From: Sphyrna mokarran
Taxonomy: Eukaryota
Direction: 5' to 3'
Assembly (NCBI GenBank): GCA_024679065.1
Contig: JAGIQG010000016.1
Location: 8,556,001-8,620,000, forward strand
DNA: 64,000 nucleotides
This document shows, in pieces, positions 63,980-64,000 of this stretch; position 1 is the first letter of the stretch; the number at the start of each line of letters is the position of its first letter. A program made the position numbers and the translations under genes. The notes beneath the pieces are model-generated. The model had not been told where the DNA came from, made no database searches, and worked only from the letters and a program-made list of their open reading frames with translations.

Positions 63980-64000
63980 CTGGTGAAGCATAAATAGAAT

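Noticed and set aside
1-64000. CRISPR arrays, rRNA or tRNA genes, prokaryotic operons
   Set aside because: None seen; tRNA-like boxes belong to SINE heads, and most short ORFs in the track are non-coding noise

Overview
AT-rich, repeat-dense vertebrate DNA. The repeat content (CR1 LINEs, HE1/V-type tRNA SINEs, Deu-type SINE remnants, Penelope-like elements) points to a cartilaginous fish, probably a shark; this is an inference. The window is the 3' part of one minus-strand gene that the ORF track almost entirely misses. It has a terminal B30.2/PRY-SPRY exon (1711-2225) and at least 21 small exons (18-48 nt, mostly 27 or 36 nt) spread over about 61 kb. All small exons are phase 1-1 with AG/GT ends. 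Spliced together they give a stop-free, E/K/L-rich coiled coil of about 214 aa in frame with B30.2: xLNFSRKDR-ECNELKESLEAK-DQILAKKEK-EESLRMKQK-EKKTTA-EIQKLKEDVSDQ-EQQLGKKDR-ELEKLRKKLQES-ERKMISDQE-ELKKKGGMK-DEQMEKLQR-ETEILKKKLQDL-EEDLKKKGK-ERELYFKKLKEL-EEQLRQKTI-ELETINAKC-KLQKLKDAGKDK-AADTRSKLL-ELESKLQDASDA-GCVDPAKGATIFRLVT-EWKVLTKHK-VPIVFDNENADPRF... This layout resembles butyrophilin/BG genes. The N-terminus lies beyond position 64000, so the family cannot be fixed. The introns contain Penelope-like retroelements with four minimal hammerhead-ribozyme motifs, young and old CR1 copies, SINEs, a Harbinger remnant, a 521-bp direct repeat bracketing one microexon, and a decayed ~27-bp minisatellite. 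Exons were found by eye and need RNA confirmation. Boundaries of old repeats are approximate.
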